Source: an uncultured Acidobacteriota bacterium
GTDB taxonomy: Bacteria > Acidobacteriota > Vicinamibacteria > Fen-336
Direction: 5' to 3'
Assembly (NCBI GenBank): GCA_963720545.1
Contig: OY970399.1
Coordinates: forward strand, 2,400,001-2,464,000
Length of the DNA stretch: 64,000 nt
Shown here: positions 9,746-19,187 of the stretch, piece after piece
Layout: each line of letters begins with the position of its first letter
How positions within the stretch are numbered: the first letter of the stretch is position 1
Notes under the pieces: model-generated
Database searches by the model: none
Told to the model about the DNA's origin: nothing
The model's input: only the letters and a program-made list of their open reading frames with translations
Program-made: the position numbers and the translations under genes

Positions 9746-11709
9746 CCGCGTCCCTCGGCCGCGGCCTGATCCTGGTCGCGCTGTTCGCGGCGACCGCCGG
9801 CTCGATCCTCGGCTTCGTCACCGGCCACACCGACAACCAGGCCGCGCGGCGCTGGCTGCAGCGCCTGCTGCAGCTTTTCTGCGCCGCGATCGCCGCCGCC
9901 AACCTCGTCATGGTGAAGGCGCTCCTGAGCCACGACTTCTCGGTGAGCTACGTCGCGCAGCTCGGCTCGCGCTCCGTGCCCACGTGGGTGACGATCGTCA
10001 GCCTGTGGGCGTCGCTCGAAGGCTCCGTCCTCTTCTGGGGACTGGTGCTCGGCGTGTACGTCTATGCGGCCAGCCGCGCGTTGTTTGCAGCGCATCCCGA
10101 GTACGCCTCGTACGCTGCCGCCACCTGGCTCTTCTGCGGCGCTTTCTTCGCCTTCCTGCTCGCCGGACCGGCGCAGCCGTTTCGCGACGTGTTTCCGGTG
10201 CCTCTCGACGGTCCCGGGCCCAACCCGCTGCTGCAGAACCATGTCCTCATGGCGATCCATCCACCGTTCCTCTATCTCGGCTATGTCGGCATGACGATTC
10301 CGTTCGGCCTCGCGTGCGCCGCGCTGTTGCGCGGGCGGCTCGGCCCCGCCTACCTGCGGCCGCTGCGCACCTGGCTGCTGCTGCCATGGTGTTTCCTCAC
10401 GGTCGCCATCATGCTCGGCGGCTGGTGGGCGTACGAGGTGCTGGGCTGGGGCGGCTACTGGGCGTGGGATCCGGTCGAGAACGCATCCTTCCTGCCGTGG
10501 CTCGCAGCCACCGCGGCGCTGCACTCGGCGATCCTGTCCGAAAGAAAAGGCGTGCTGCGCGGCTGGACCGCGACACTGGTGCTGGCCACCTTCGTCCTCA
10601 CCATCCTCGGCACGTTCATGACGCGCTCCGGCGTCTTCAACTCGGTGCACTCGTTCACGCAGAGCGACATCGGCCCCACCATCCTGGTGTTTCTCGCCCT
10701 GGTGCTCGCCGCCAGCGTGCTGCTGCTCGCGTTGCGCATCGACGCGCTGGCGCCCGAGGGCAGGCTGCACCGAGGCCTGAGCCGTGACGCGTTCTTCCTC
10801 GTCAACAACCTGCTGTTCGTCCTGTTCACGTTCACGATCCTCATCGGCACCGTGTTCCCGCTGGTGGTCGAGGCGTGGAACGGCGTGCAGATGAGCGTCG
10901 GCCGGCCGTACTTCGACCGCATGGCGGTGCCGATCGGCACGGCGCTGCTCTTCATCATGGGTGTCGGCCCGGCGCTGCCCTGGGGGCGCACCACCGGCGG
11001 CGGCGCCCTGGCGGCGCTGCGCCTGCCGATCGCCGCGGGCGTCGCGGCGGCGGCCATCGGCGCCGCGGCTTCGGTGCGCAACGGCTGGACGCTCATCACC
11101 TTGCTGTTTGCCGGCTTCACCGCGTGCGTGACCTTGCGCGAGATGCTGGCGCCGGCGCTGGCGCGCACCCGCGGGCGCGGCGAATCGGCGTGGGCGGCGC
11201 TCGGCGCGTCGCTCCACGGCGGCGGACGGCGACGCTTCGCCTCCTACGTGGTGCACGCGGGCGCCATCGTCGTGATCCTCGCGATCGCCATCAGCAGCAC
11301 GCAGGGGGCGTCTGCCGAAGTGCAGCTGCGGCGCGGCGAATCGGTGTCGCTGCACGGCTACACGCTCACTTATCTCGGCGCCGAGGAAACGAGCGAGCCG
11401 CACCGCACCGCCGTGATCGCCCGCATCGGCATCAGCCGCGGCGGCCGCGACGCCGGCACGCTCGCGCCGCGCATGAACCACTACGAGACGCAGCGCGAGC
11501 CGATCGGCACGCCGGCGGTGCGCACCTCGCTTTTCTCCGACCTCTACGTCTCGCTGATGAACATCCAGCCGGGCGCCGAGAGCATCGGCATCCTGGCGCG
11601 CTTCAACCCGATGGTCGCGTGGATCTGGGCCGCGGCCATCCTCATGGCCCTGGGCGGTCTGGCAGCGCTGATCCCGGCGCGGCGCGGCACCCGGGACGCG
11701 GGGGCATAG
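9742..11709 (+). CDS. ccmF: Cytochrome c synthetase CcmF
   Basis: NPLLQN...HPPFLYLGY, WAYEVLGWGGYWAWDPVENASFLPWL, TRSGVFNSVHSF. GTGA overlap with ccmE. Confidence 0.95.
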   Translation: MTASLGRGLILVALFAATAGSILGFVTGHTDNQAARRWLQRLLQLFCAAIAAANLVMVKALLSHDFSVSYVAQLGSRSVPTWVTIVSLWASLEGSVLFWGLVLGVYVYAASRALFAAHPEYASYAAATWLFCGAFFAFLLAGPAQPFRDVFPVPLDGPGPNPLLQNHVLMAIHPPFLYLGYVGMTIPFGLACAALLRGRLGPAYLRPLRTWLLLPWCFLTVAIMLGGWWAYEVLGWGGYWAWDPVENASFLPWLAATAALHSAILSERKGVLRGWTATLVLATFVLTILGTFMTRSGVFNSVHSFTQSDIGPTILVFLALVLAASVLLLALRIDALAPEGRLHRGLSRDAFFLVNNLLFVLFTFTILIGTVFPLVVEAWNGVQMSVGRPYFDRMAVPIGTALLFIMGVGPALPWGRTTGGGALAALRLPIAAGVAAAAIGAAASVRNGWTLITLLFAGFTACVTLREMLAPALARTRGRGESAWAALGASLHGGGRRRFASYVVHAGAIVVILAIAISSTQGASAEVQLRRGESVSLHGYTLTYLGAEETSEPHRTAVIARIGISRGGRDAGTLAPRMNHYETQREPIGTPAVRTSLFSDLYVSLMNIQPGAESIGILARFNPMVAWIWAAAILMALGGLAALIPARRGTRDAGA

Positions 11710-12237
11710 GTGGCGGTCAACAAGCGGGTGCTCGGCGTCGGCCTCGTGGTCGTGGTGCCGCTGGTCGCGGTGCTGGTCGCGAATCTCGGCCGCGACCCGC
11801 ACGCGATCGCGACGCCGCTCGTCGGCAAGCAGGCGCCGCCGTTCGACCTCGGCACGCTCGACAGCGGCGGCAAGGTTTCGCTGCGCTCGCTCGCCGGCCG
11901 TCCCGTGGTCCTCAACTTCTGGGCCAGCTGGTGCGTGCCGTGCCAGGCCGAGAACCCGGTGTTGCTCGAAGCGGCACGCGCAAACCCGGATGTCGCGTTC
12001 CTTGGCATCGTCTATGAAGACGAGCCGGCGCGCGCGGCGGCGTTCCTGCGCGAGCTGGGCGCCGCGTATCCGTCGCTGCTCGATCCGCAAGCCACGACCG
12101 CGGTTGCGTACGGCGTCGCCGGCGTTCCCGAGACCTACTTCATCGACCGCGCCGGCCGCATCGTCGGCAAGTACGCGGCACCGCTCGAAGGCGAGGTCCT
12201 CGCGCGCGGCATCGCCCTCGCAAGGGACGGCTCGTGA
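11710..12237 (+). CDS. ccmG: Thiol:disulfide oxidoreductase CcmG/DsbE
   Basis: N-terminal membrane anchor, NFWASWCVPC, YGVAGVPETYFID. Confidence 0.9.
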   Translation: MAVNKRVLGVGLVVVVPLVAVLVANLGRDPHAIATPLVGKQAPPFDLGTLDSGGKVSLRSLAGRPVVLNFWASWCVPCQAENPVLLEAARANPDVAFLGIVYEDEPARAAAFLRELGAAYPSLLDPQATTAVAYGVAGVPETYFIDRAGRIVGKYAAPLEGEVLARGIALARDGS

Positions 12238-12776
12238 AGGCGCTGCTGCCGGCGATCGCGATCGCCGCTCTGGTGAGCGCGGCGCCCGTGCGTGCCGCGG
12301 ACCAGACGCCGCACTACCGCGAGGTGCTCGGTGCTCCGGCCGGGCCCGCGCTCTTCGGCCCGGCGCTCGAGCGCGCCAGCAAGGACGTGTCGTCGGTGCT
12401 GCGCTGTCCGGTGTGCCAGGGCCTCTCGGTCGAGGACTCGCCCTCGGGAATGGCGCAGGCGATGCGCGCGCAGGTGCGCGAGATGACGGCGCAAGGCTAC
12501 GGTGAGGAGCAGATCCTCACGTACTTCGAGCGCTCCTACGGCGAGTTCGTGCGGCTCGAGCCGCGCCGCGAAGGCATCAACTGGTTCGTCTGGCTGGCGC
12601 CGATCGGCGCGCTCGCGATCGGCGCGGCGGTGATCTTCGCGGTGCTGCGCCGCGGCGACGCCGGCGCGGGCGACACGGAAGCCGCTGCGACCGGGTCGGA
12701 CGATCCCGAGCTCGAGAGGTACCTTGGGCAAGTCCGCGACGCGACGCGGAACCGCGACCAGCAGAGAGCACCTTGA
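12234..12776 (+). CDS. ccmH: Cytochrome c biogenesis protein CcmH
   Basis: LRCPVCQG motif, signal peptide, YGEFVRLEP followed by a TM helix. Confidence 0.9.
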   Translation: MKALLPAIAIAALVSAAPVRAADQTPHYREVLGAPAGPALFGPALERASKDVSSVLRCPVCQGLSVEDSPSGMAQAMRAQVREMTAQGYGEEQILTYFERSYGEFVRLEPRREGINWFVWLAPIGALAIGAAVIFAVLRRGDAGAGDTEAAATGSDDPELERYLGQVRDATRNRDQQRAP

Positions 12777-14056
12777 CAGGCGCCGCGACCGACTGGAATC
12801 CGGGCATCGTCGCAGCCGTCCTCGGCGTACTGCTCGGCATCGGCGTCTTGTGGCTGGTGCGGAGGCGGCGCGGCACCGCCGAGGTCCTGAAGGGAGCGGA
12901 CGCCGTACAGATGCGCGACCTCGAAGCGCGCCGCGACGTCCTCTACGAGCAGCTCAACGAACTGCGCCGCCGGCCCGGCGACCTCAACCCCGCGGACGCC
13001 GCCGGGGAACAGTTCCGCCTCGAGATGGAGGCGGCGCGCACGCTGAAGGCGATCGAGGAGCTGCGCACAAGGACGACGCGCCCGGGAGCGGCGGATGCAG
13101 CGGGTGCCGCGGCACCGCCGCGAGCCTCCGCGGTCGCGGGCTTCATCTGGGGCGTCTCGAGCATGGCCGTCCTCGGTGCTCTGGTCTTTTTCGTGTCGCA
13201 GCGGACCACCGAGCGCGATTCCGGCGCGGGCGCCACCGGTACCGTCGGCGGCGCGCCGCAGGGTGGCCGCACGCCGGGCCCCGAGCCGCGGGAGATCACC
13301 GCGATGCGTGAAGCCGTGGCGCACGCGCCGCAGGACGTCGCCGCGCGCTTGGCATTGGTGCGCGCGCTGCTCAACACCCGCGACCTCGTCGGCGTCTTCG
13401 AACAGACCGAAGCGGTGCTGCAGGTTTCGCCGGGGCAGCCCGAGGCGCTCTCGTACCAGGCCCTGGTGCGCATCGCCATGGGCCAGCCGGAAATGGCGCG
13501 CGACATGCTGCAGCAGGCGCTCAAGACCGATCCCGACCTCGTGGACGGCTACCTGCACCTGGCGCTAGCACAGGTGCGCCTCGGCGAGGCCGAAGCCGCA
13601 AAGACGACGATCGCCACGGCGGTGAAGCGCTTCCCGCAGCAGCAGGACCTCTTCCGCCGCGCTTACGCCGAGATGACCGCCGAGCGCGCCGCGCCACCGC
13701 CGCCCCAGGCCGCTGCCGCGCACGGCACGGCGATCGCCGGCACCATCGCGCTCGACCCTGCGCTCGCCGGCAGCGTCGCGCGCGGAGCGCTGGTGTTCAT
13801 CGTGGTGCGCCCTGCCGGCACGGCACAGGGTCCGCCGGCCGCCGCCAAGCGCCTCGTGGTGGACGCCTTTCCGGTCGCGTTTGCGATCAGCGACGCGGAC
13901 TCGATGGCTGGCGCCAGCCTGCCGCAGTCGCTGCGCATCGACGTGCGCATCGACAAAGACGGCAACCCGCTGACGCGCGAACCCGATGCGCCGCACGCTT
14001 CGCTCGACGCGGTAGCCGCCGGGCAGCGCGACCTGCGCCTGGTGCTGAGGCGCTAG
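12773..14056 (+). CDS. ccmI: CcmI/CycH-like TPR protein
   Basis: Two TM helices flanking a coiled coil, TPR-like helices and a C-terminal Ig-like domain (PPAAAKRL...FPVAFAISDADSM). Last gene of the ccm cluster. Confidence 0.78.
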   Translation: MTGAATDWNPGIVAAVLGVLLGIGVLWLVRRRRGTAEVLKGADAVQMRDLEARRDVLYEQLNELRRRPGDLNPADAAGEQFRLEMEAARTLKAIEELRTRTTRPGAADAAGAAAPPRASAVAGFIWGVSSMAVLGALVFFVSQRTTERDSGAGATGTVGGAPQGGRTPGPEPREITAMREAVAHAPQDVAARLALVRALLNTRDLVGVFEQTEAVLQVSPGQPEALSYQALVRIAMGQPEMARDMLQQALKTDPDLVDGYLHLALAQVRLGEAEAAKTTIATAVKRFPQQQDLFRRAYAEMTAERAAPPPPQAAAAHGTAIAGTIALDPALAGSVARGALVFIVVRPAGTAQGPPAAAKRLVVDAFPVAFAISDADSMAGASLPQSLRIDVRIDKDGNPLTREPDAPHASLDAVAAGQRDLRLVLRR

Positions 14057-14097
14057 GCTGGCGTGCAGGGCAATCTTTCTTCTGAAGAGGTGAATCC

Positions 14098-14859
14098 ATG
14101 TCCGTGTCGAAGTCGAGATTCCTGAGCGCGGCGCTCGCCGCGCTGCTGTTGACAGCTCCCGCCGCATTCGCCGCCGACAAGGCGGTGACCTTCCCAAGCG
14201 GCGACGAGAAGGTGAGTGCCTTCCTCGCGACCCCGGCAAGCACCGCTCCCGCGCCCGCGATCGTGGTGGTGCACGAATGGTGGGGGCTCGACGAATGGGT
14301 CAAGAGCCAGGCGCGCGCGCTCGCGAAGGAGGGCTACGTGGTGCTTGCGGTGGACCTCTACCGCGGCAAGGTGACTGACAAGGAGGCGGTGGCGCACCAG
14401 CTGATGAGCGGCCTGCCGGCCGACCGCGCGATGCGCGACCTGCACGCGGCCGTCGCTTATCTCGCGGGGCTGCCGCAGGTGCGCAAGGACCGCATCGGCG
14501 CGCTCGGCTGGTGCATGGGCGGGCGCTATTCGTATGCGCTCAGCACCGAGGAAAAGGCGATCGTCGCGGTGGCCGCGTACTACGGCGCGCCGCCGACCGA
14601 TCCGGCGGCGATCGCGCGCATCAACGGGCCGGTGCTCGGCAATTTCGGCGCCGACGACCAGGGCCCCTCGCCCGAGCAGGTGAAGGCGTTCGCCCAGGCC
14701 CTGGAAGCCTCCGGCAAGAAGGCCGACATCAAGCTCTACGAAGGCGCCGGCCACGCGTTCGCCAACCCGAACAATCCCTGGCACGGCTACCGCGAGGCGG
14801 CCGCACAGGATGCCTGGACGCGCACCGTTGCGTTCTTCGCCGCCAACCTGAAGCAGTAA
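14098..14859 (+). CDS. Dienelactone hydrolase family protein (exported)
   Basis: VVHEWWGL, GWCMGG nucleophile elbow, AGHAFAN, signal peptide. Confidence 0.9.
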   Translation: MSVSKSRFLSAALAALLLTAPAAFAADKAVTFPSGDEKVSAFLATPASTAPAPAIVVVHEWWGLDEWVKSQARALAKEGYVVLAVDLYRGKVTDKEAVAHQLMSGLPADRAMRDLHAAVAYLAGLPQVRKDRIGALGWCMGGRYSYALSTEEKAIVAVAAYYGAPPTDPAAIARINGPVLGNFGADDQGPSPEQVKAFAQALEASGKKADIKLYEGAGHAFANPNNPWHGYREAAAQDAWTRTVAFFAANLKQ

Positions 14860-14880
14860 CGCGCCCCGCAGGAGCACCGC

Positions 14881-15207
14881 ATGGCCCTCGCCTTCGACCT
14901 GCGCCGCCTCGTCGCCGAACACGAGCGCGGCGCGCAGCGCTATCTCGAGTTCCTGCGCGTTCCGGCGATGAGCCTCGGCCTCTACAAGCTCGCGAAAGGC
15001 GCCGTCGATCCGCAGAAGCCGCATACCGAAGACGAGCTCTACTACGTGATCAAGGGCCGCGCGGTCCTGACGATCGGCGTCGAAGAGGTGCCGGTCGAGA
15101 CCGGGTCGCTCGCGTTCGTCGCAGCGAACGTGGTGCACCGCTTCCACGACATCGCCGAGGACCTCGAAGTGCTGGTGCTGTTCGCACCGGCGGAGCAGGA
15201 ACCCTAG
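14881..15207 (+). CDS. Cupin domain protein
   Basis: QKPHTEDELYYVIKG...VVHRFH cupin motifs. Confidence 0.85.
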   Translation: MALAFDLRRLVAEHERGAQRYLEFLRVPAMSLGLYKLAKGAVDPQKPHTEDELYYVIKGRAVLTIGVEEVPVETGSLAFVAANVVHRFHDIAEDLEVLVLFAPAEQEP

Positions 15208-15220
15208 GCCTGGAAAGCGC

Positions 15221-15254
15221 TTGACAATAGTTTAGTAATAACTAAACTATTGCC
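15221..15254 (+). promoter_or_regulatory. Sigma70 promoter with overlapping 12-4-12 palindromic operator (ArsR autoregulation)
   Basis: TTGACA (15221) -16 nt- TAAACT (15243). Perfect inverted repeat CAATAGTTTAGT-AATA-ACTAAACTATTG at 15225-15252. Confidence 0.8.
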
Positions 15255-15554
15255 ATGTCAGCCCTGCTGAAGGCGCTCGCGGAGCCCCGCCGCCAGCAGA
15301 TCGTCTGCCTGGTCCTCGACCAGGAGCTGGCGGCCGGTGTCATCCACCGCTCGCTCGGAGAGGTCACGTTCGGTGCCGTGTCGCAGCACCTGAAAATCCT
15401 CACGGAAGCGGGTGCGCTCGGCATGCGGCGCGCGGGGCGCAACCGTTATTACCGGGCCGATCGCCGCACCATCGCGCCGTTCCGTAAGCACCTCGAAGCG
15501 CAGTGGGGAAGCGCCCTGCAGCGGCTGAAGCGCTTGGCCGAGGCGGCGGAATGA
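15255..15554 (+). CDS. ArsR/SmtB family transcriptional regulator
   Basis: ALAEPRRQQI...AVSQHLKILTEAG...GRNRYY winged helix-turn-helix. Confidence 0.9.
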   Translation: MSALLKALAEPRRQQIVCLVLDQELAAGVIHRSLGEVTFGAVSQHLKILTEAGALGMRRAGRNRYYRADRRTIAPFRKHLEAQWGSALQRLKRLAEAAE

Positions 15555-16330
15555 GCAAGCACCCGCATGACGACGAGATCGCTGTCGTCCGCGAGATCGT
15601 GATCGCGGCGCGCAAGGCGACGGTGTTCCGCTTCTTCACCGACTCCGCCCTGTGGGCGCAGTGGTGGGGGGCTGGTTCCACTGTCGAGCCGGTCGCGGGC
15701 GGCCGGGTCGTCATCGTGCATCCCGGCGACGTCCACGCCACGGGCGTAGTGCGCGAGCTGGTCGCAGGCGAACGTTTCGCCTTCACGTACGGCTACGAAG
15801 GCGAAGGCAAGCCCATTCCTCCCGGCGGCTCGCTCATCACCATCGAACTCGCGGAAGCGCCGGGCGGCACGCTCGTGACGCTGCGGCATTCGGGCCTGCC
15901 GAGCCGTGCCGTGGCCAGCGAGCACGAGCAGGGCTGGCGCTTCCAGATGTCTCGGTTCTCCGCGGCCGCCAGCAGCACCGAACAGGGCGACCTGGCTGCG
16001 AAGGCCGACCTGTGGATGAGCCTCTGGGGCGAGAGCGACGCCGGCAAGCGGGCGGCGGCTCTCGACGCCGCGAGTGACGACGTCACCTTTCACGACCGCT
16101 ACAGCGCGCTCTTCGGCAAGGCCGACGTAGACGCGCACGCCGCCGCGGCGGCAGTCCACATGCCGGGCGTGCGCCTGTTCCGCGCCGGCGATGTCCTTGC
16201 GAGCCACGGCACGGCGCTGGTGCGCTTCGAAGCGCGCAAGGACGGCGCGGTCGTCGGCAAGGGCACGAACGTGATGAGGTTCGCACCGGACGGCCGCATC
16301 GCCGCGGTCACCGGCTTCTGGGAAGCCTGA
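15551..16330 (+). CDS. SRPBCC/AHSA1 domain protein fused to a SnoaL/NTF2-like domain
   Basis: ATGA overlap with ArsR. VFRFFTD..LWAQWWG...TLVTLRHSGL...HEQGW, followed by a second domain (DDVTFHD...FAPDGRIAAVTGF). Confidence 0.8.
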   Translation: MSKHPHDDEIAVVREIVIAARKATVFRFFTDSALWAQWWGAGSTVEPVAGGRVVIVHPGDVHATGVVRELVAGERFAFTYGYEGEGKPIPPGGSLITIELAEAPGGTLVTLRHSGLPSRAVASEHEQGWRFQMSRFSAAASSTEQGDLAAKADLWMSLWGESDAGKRAAALDAASDDVTFHDRYSALFGKADVDAHAAAAAVHMPGVRLFRAGDVLASHGTALVRFEARKDGAVVGKGTNVMRFAPDGRIAAVTGFWEA

Positions 16331-16460
16331 AAAGCAGCGGCGCGCTTTTTCGTGGCTGGCGCTGCGGAGCCGGGCTTACAATCGCCGCGTCCGCCCTGCA
16401 GCGTGAGGCGTCAGGGGGGACGCCATCCCTTCCTTATTTATCTCGTCAGAGGTGCCCCCG

Positions 16461-18116
16461 ATGAAGATTCCAGCAAGCCGCACCGTCGCGGCGGCTCTCG
16501 TTTGCCTCGCCGCCGCCGCCACGGCATTCGCCAAGGCGCCGCGCGTGGACCCGCAGGCGCAGAAAACCGTCGGCGTCCTGCGGCCCGTAGACCAGTTCGA
16601 ACGCGCCGACGGCGTCTACAACGCCGACGGCTCCGCCGCGATCCTGTACCGTCCCGATTTCGCGCTGCGCGGCGCGGCGTCGCCCAAGGCCGCGGCCGAC
16701 GCCTTCATCGGCGCGCGCCAGCAGGACCTCGGCCTCGATCCCGAGACCGCTGCGAGCCTGGTTGCGGGCACGGTGCGACCGTCTGGTCCGCTCGCGGTGG
16801 TTCGCTACACGCAGAAATTCGCCGGGCTGCCGGTCTGGGGCAGCGACCTCGCCATCAGCGTGGTGGACGGCGCGGTCGTGTTCGTGAACAACGACACCGT
16901 GCGCGGGCTGCAGCTGCCCGCCGCATCTCCGGGGCGCGGCAAGGCCAGCGCCGCGGCCGCGGCGCGCGCCCATCTCGGCTCGGTGGACGGTGCCGTCGAA
17001 GCGCTGCAGCGGATGATCTATCGCGGCGGCGACGGCGCGACGAGGATCGTCTGGCAGGTGGCTGCGGGCAGCTGGGAAGTGCTGGTGGACGACGCGACCG
17101 GCGCCGTGGTGCGCGCCGAGAGCAAGTCGCACAACGCCGACGGCCAGGGCCGCATCCACGTTCCCGATCCGTTGTCCAAGGCAAAGGCGCAGTACGGCGA
17201 CCCCGGCTTCGTGGACGGCAACGGCGCCAACACCGCGGAGCTCGGCAAGGCGCGCAAGCTGGTGACGCTGCGCGACGTCGAGGGCGCCGCGGGCAAGTTC
17301 GACCTCGACGGCCCGTGGGCCGCGTGCCGCGAGCTCGAGGCGCCGAACGACGCGGCCTGCCCGGTGCGCAACACCAGCACCTTCACGTTCGTGCGCAGCA
17401 ACAAGTTCTTCGACGCGGTGAACACGTACTACCACATCGACACTTACATGCGCTACGTGAACCTCACGCTCGGCGTCGCGGCGCGGCCCACGTACGCGGG
17501 CGGCGTGCACTACGACCCGCACGGATTCAGCGGCGCCGACAACTCGCACTTCGTCGATTCGCAGGGCGGCTTCGTCACCTTCGGCCAGGGCGGCGTGGAC
17601 GACGCGGAAGACGCCGACGTGGTGGTGCACGAGCTCGGCCACGGGCTGCACAGCTGGGCGACCGCCGGGCACCTCTCGCAGGTCGAGGGCCTCTCCGAAG
17701 GCGTTGGCGACTATGCCGCGAACAGCTACAGCCGCGACATCCCGAAGCAGTGGAAGCCGACCGACCCGGAATACTTCTGGGTGTTCAACTGGGACGGCCA
17801 CAACCCGTTCTGGCCCGGACGCGTCACCAACTGGAACATCGGCCACACCTACCCTGGCAACATCGGCTCCGAGATTCACGACCAGGGCCAGTACTGGGCT
17901 TCTTGCAACATGCTCGCGCGCCAGGCGATCGGCGCGGTGGCCATGGACCGCGCCTTCTGGACCGGCCTGTCGATGACCGGCGCCAACACCAGCCAGAAGA
18001 GCGCGGCGCAGGCGGTCCTGAACGCAGCGAACGCGCTCGGCTACACGACCGCGCAGAAGAACGCGATCGGCGCCGCCTACAACCAGAGCTGCACCTACAA
18101 CGTCACGGTGCCCTAG
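16461..18116 (+). CDS. Secreted zinc metalloprotease (M4/M36-like, with propeptide)
   Basis: Signal peptide, FTP/PepSY-like propeptide, VVVHELGH, and a downstream LSEG glutamate. Confidence 0.85.
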   Translation: MKIPASRTVAAALVCLAAAATAFAKAPRVDPQAQKTVGVLRPVDQFERADGVYNADGSAAILYRPDFALRGAASPKAAADAFIGARQQDLGLDPETAASLVAGTVRPSGPLAVVRYTQKFAGLPVWGSDLAISVVDGAVVFVNNDTVRGLQLPAASPGRGKASAAAAARAHLGSVDGAVEALQRMIYRGGDGATRIVWQVAAGSWEVLVDDATGAVVRAESKSHNADGQGRIHVPDPLSKAKAQYGDPGFVDGNGANTAELGKARKLVTLRDVEGAAGKFDLDGPWAACRELEAPNDAACPVRNTSTFTFVRSNKFFDAVNTYYHIDTYMRYVNLTLGVAARPTYAGGVHYDPHGFSGADNSHFVDSQGGFVTFGQGGVDDAEDADVVVHELGHGLHSWATAGHLSQVEGLSEGVGDYAANSYSRDIPKQWKPTDPEYFWVFNWDGHNPFWPGRVTNWNIGHTYPGNIGSEIHDQGQYWASCNMLARQAIGAVAMDRAFWTGLSMTGANTSQKSAAQAVLNAANALGYTTAQKNAIGAAYNQSCTYNVTVP

Positions 18117-18160
18117 GAGAACGACGACGAAGCGGGCCCGGCCGGGAGCAGCGGCCGGGC

Positions 18161-19102
18161 TCAGACGGCGATGGGCGGCGCCGCCTCGGCCTCGGTCAGG
18201 GCACGCGGAAAGCACAGGCGGCGAAAGTTGCAGCGCTTGCACATCTGCGGGCGGTCGACCATCGCGAAGTCTTCGAGCCGCGCGAGGTTCTGGACGGGGT
18301 CGGTGAGCAGCCGGCGCATGCTCGCGGCGCTCTTCTCGACGAACGCGCGCGCCGCTTCGAGGCGCTTCGCGTCGACCGAGCGGCGCACGTACTTGGGCAC
18401 CGCGAGATACGCGAGCTCGGTGACGATTTCTTCGGGCGACTCGACCCAGCCCTGTTCCTTCGCGTAGAGCGCGTAGCCGGCGAGCTGCACCTCGTTGAAG
18501 CGTCCCTCGGAGCGGCCGGTCTTCCAGTCGACGATGATGACGCGGCCGTTGGCATCGCGGTAGGCGAGGTCCATGCGCAGGAAGATCGGCACGTCGCCGA
18601 CGCGGAACGAGATGAGGTCCTCGACCGTGAGCCAGCGCTCGCGCGAGGCGGCGAAGGCCTCGACCAGCGTCGGGCTGCGGAAGAAGTTGCGCATCGAGCG
18701 CATCACCGTGCCCACCAGGATCTTCTTGTCTTCCTGGTCGACAGGCGAGGAATACTCGTGCTCGAACAGGCGGAAGCGGGCGCTGCCGGCCTCGCTCTCG
18801 CGCCAGTCGGTGAGCATGCGGTTGTGGACGATGGCGCGGATCAGCGCTTCCTGATCCGCGGGCGGCGGGATCGCGTCGTGCGTCTTCAGGAACTCCTCGA
18901 TCGCCTCGTGCACCACGCTGCCGGCCCACAGCGGCAGCGCCGAAAGCTTCTTGAGGCGGTAGATCTCGGCGTCGGTGAGCGAGGCGTAGTACGAGTAGTA
19001 GTAGCGGCGCCGGCAGCTGTGAAAACAGTCGTGGCGCGACACCGACCACGAGAACTCCGACTTGTCCCGCTCGAGGAGCGGATCGACCGTGACTGCTACC
19101 AC
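18161..19102 (-). CDS. Stand-alone PD-(D/E)XK nuclease (RecB/AddB/Cas4-like) with four-Cys motif
   Basis: SWSVSRHDCFHSCRRRYY, GSVVHEAIE, RMDL...IVDWKTG, QLAGYA, C-terminal CKRCNFRRLC. GTG 19102 lies 8 nt after TGcTAGCGT. Confidence 0.85.
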   Translation of the reverse strand: MVAVTVDPLLERDKSEFSWSVSRHDCFHSCRRRYYYSYYASLTDAEIYRLKKLSALPLWAGSVVHEAIEEFLKTHDAIPPPADQEALIRAIVHNRMLTDWRESEAGSARFRLFEHEYSSPVDQEDKKILVGTVMRSMRNFFRSPTLVEAFAASRERWLTVEDLISFRVGDVPIFLRMDLAYRDANGRVIIVDWKTGRSEGRFNEVQLAGYALYAKEQGWVESPEEIVTELAYLAVPKYVRRSVDAKRLEAARAFVEKSAASMRRLLTDPVQNLARLEDFAMVDRPQMCKRCNFRRLCFPRALTEAEAAPPIAV

Positions 19103-19187
19103 TGCCAAGGACGCTAGCACGCACCGGCGCCGCGGCAGGGCCAAACGCCGGGCACGCGCGGCCCGGGCCCTTTGTTAACGTTTCGGG

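Noticed and set aside
18161..19102. Cas4/CRISPR system
   Set aside because: No cas1, cas2 or repeat-spacer array anywhere in the window.
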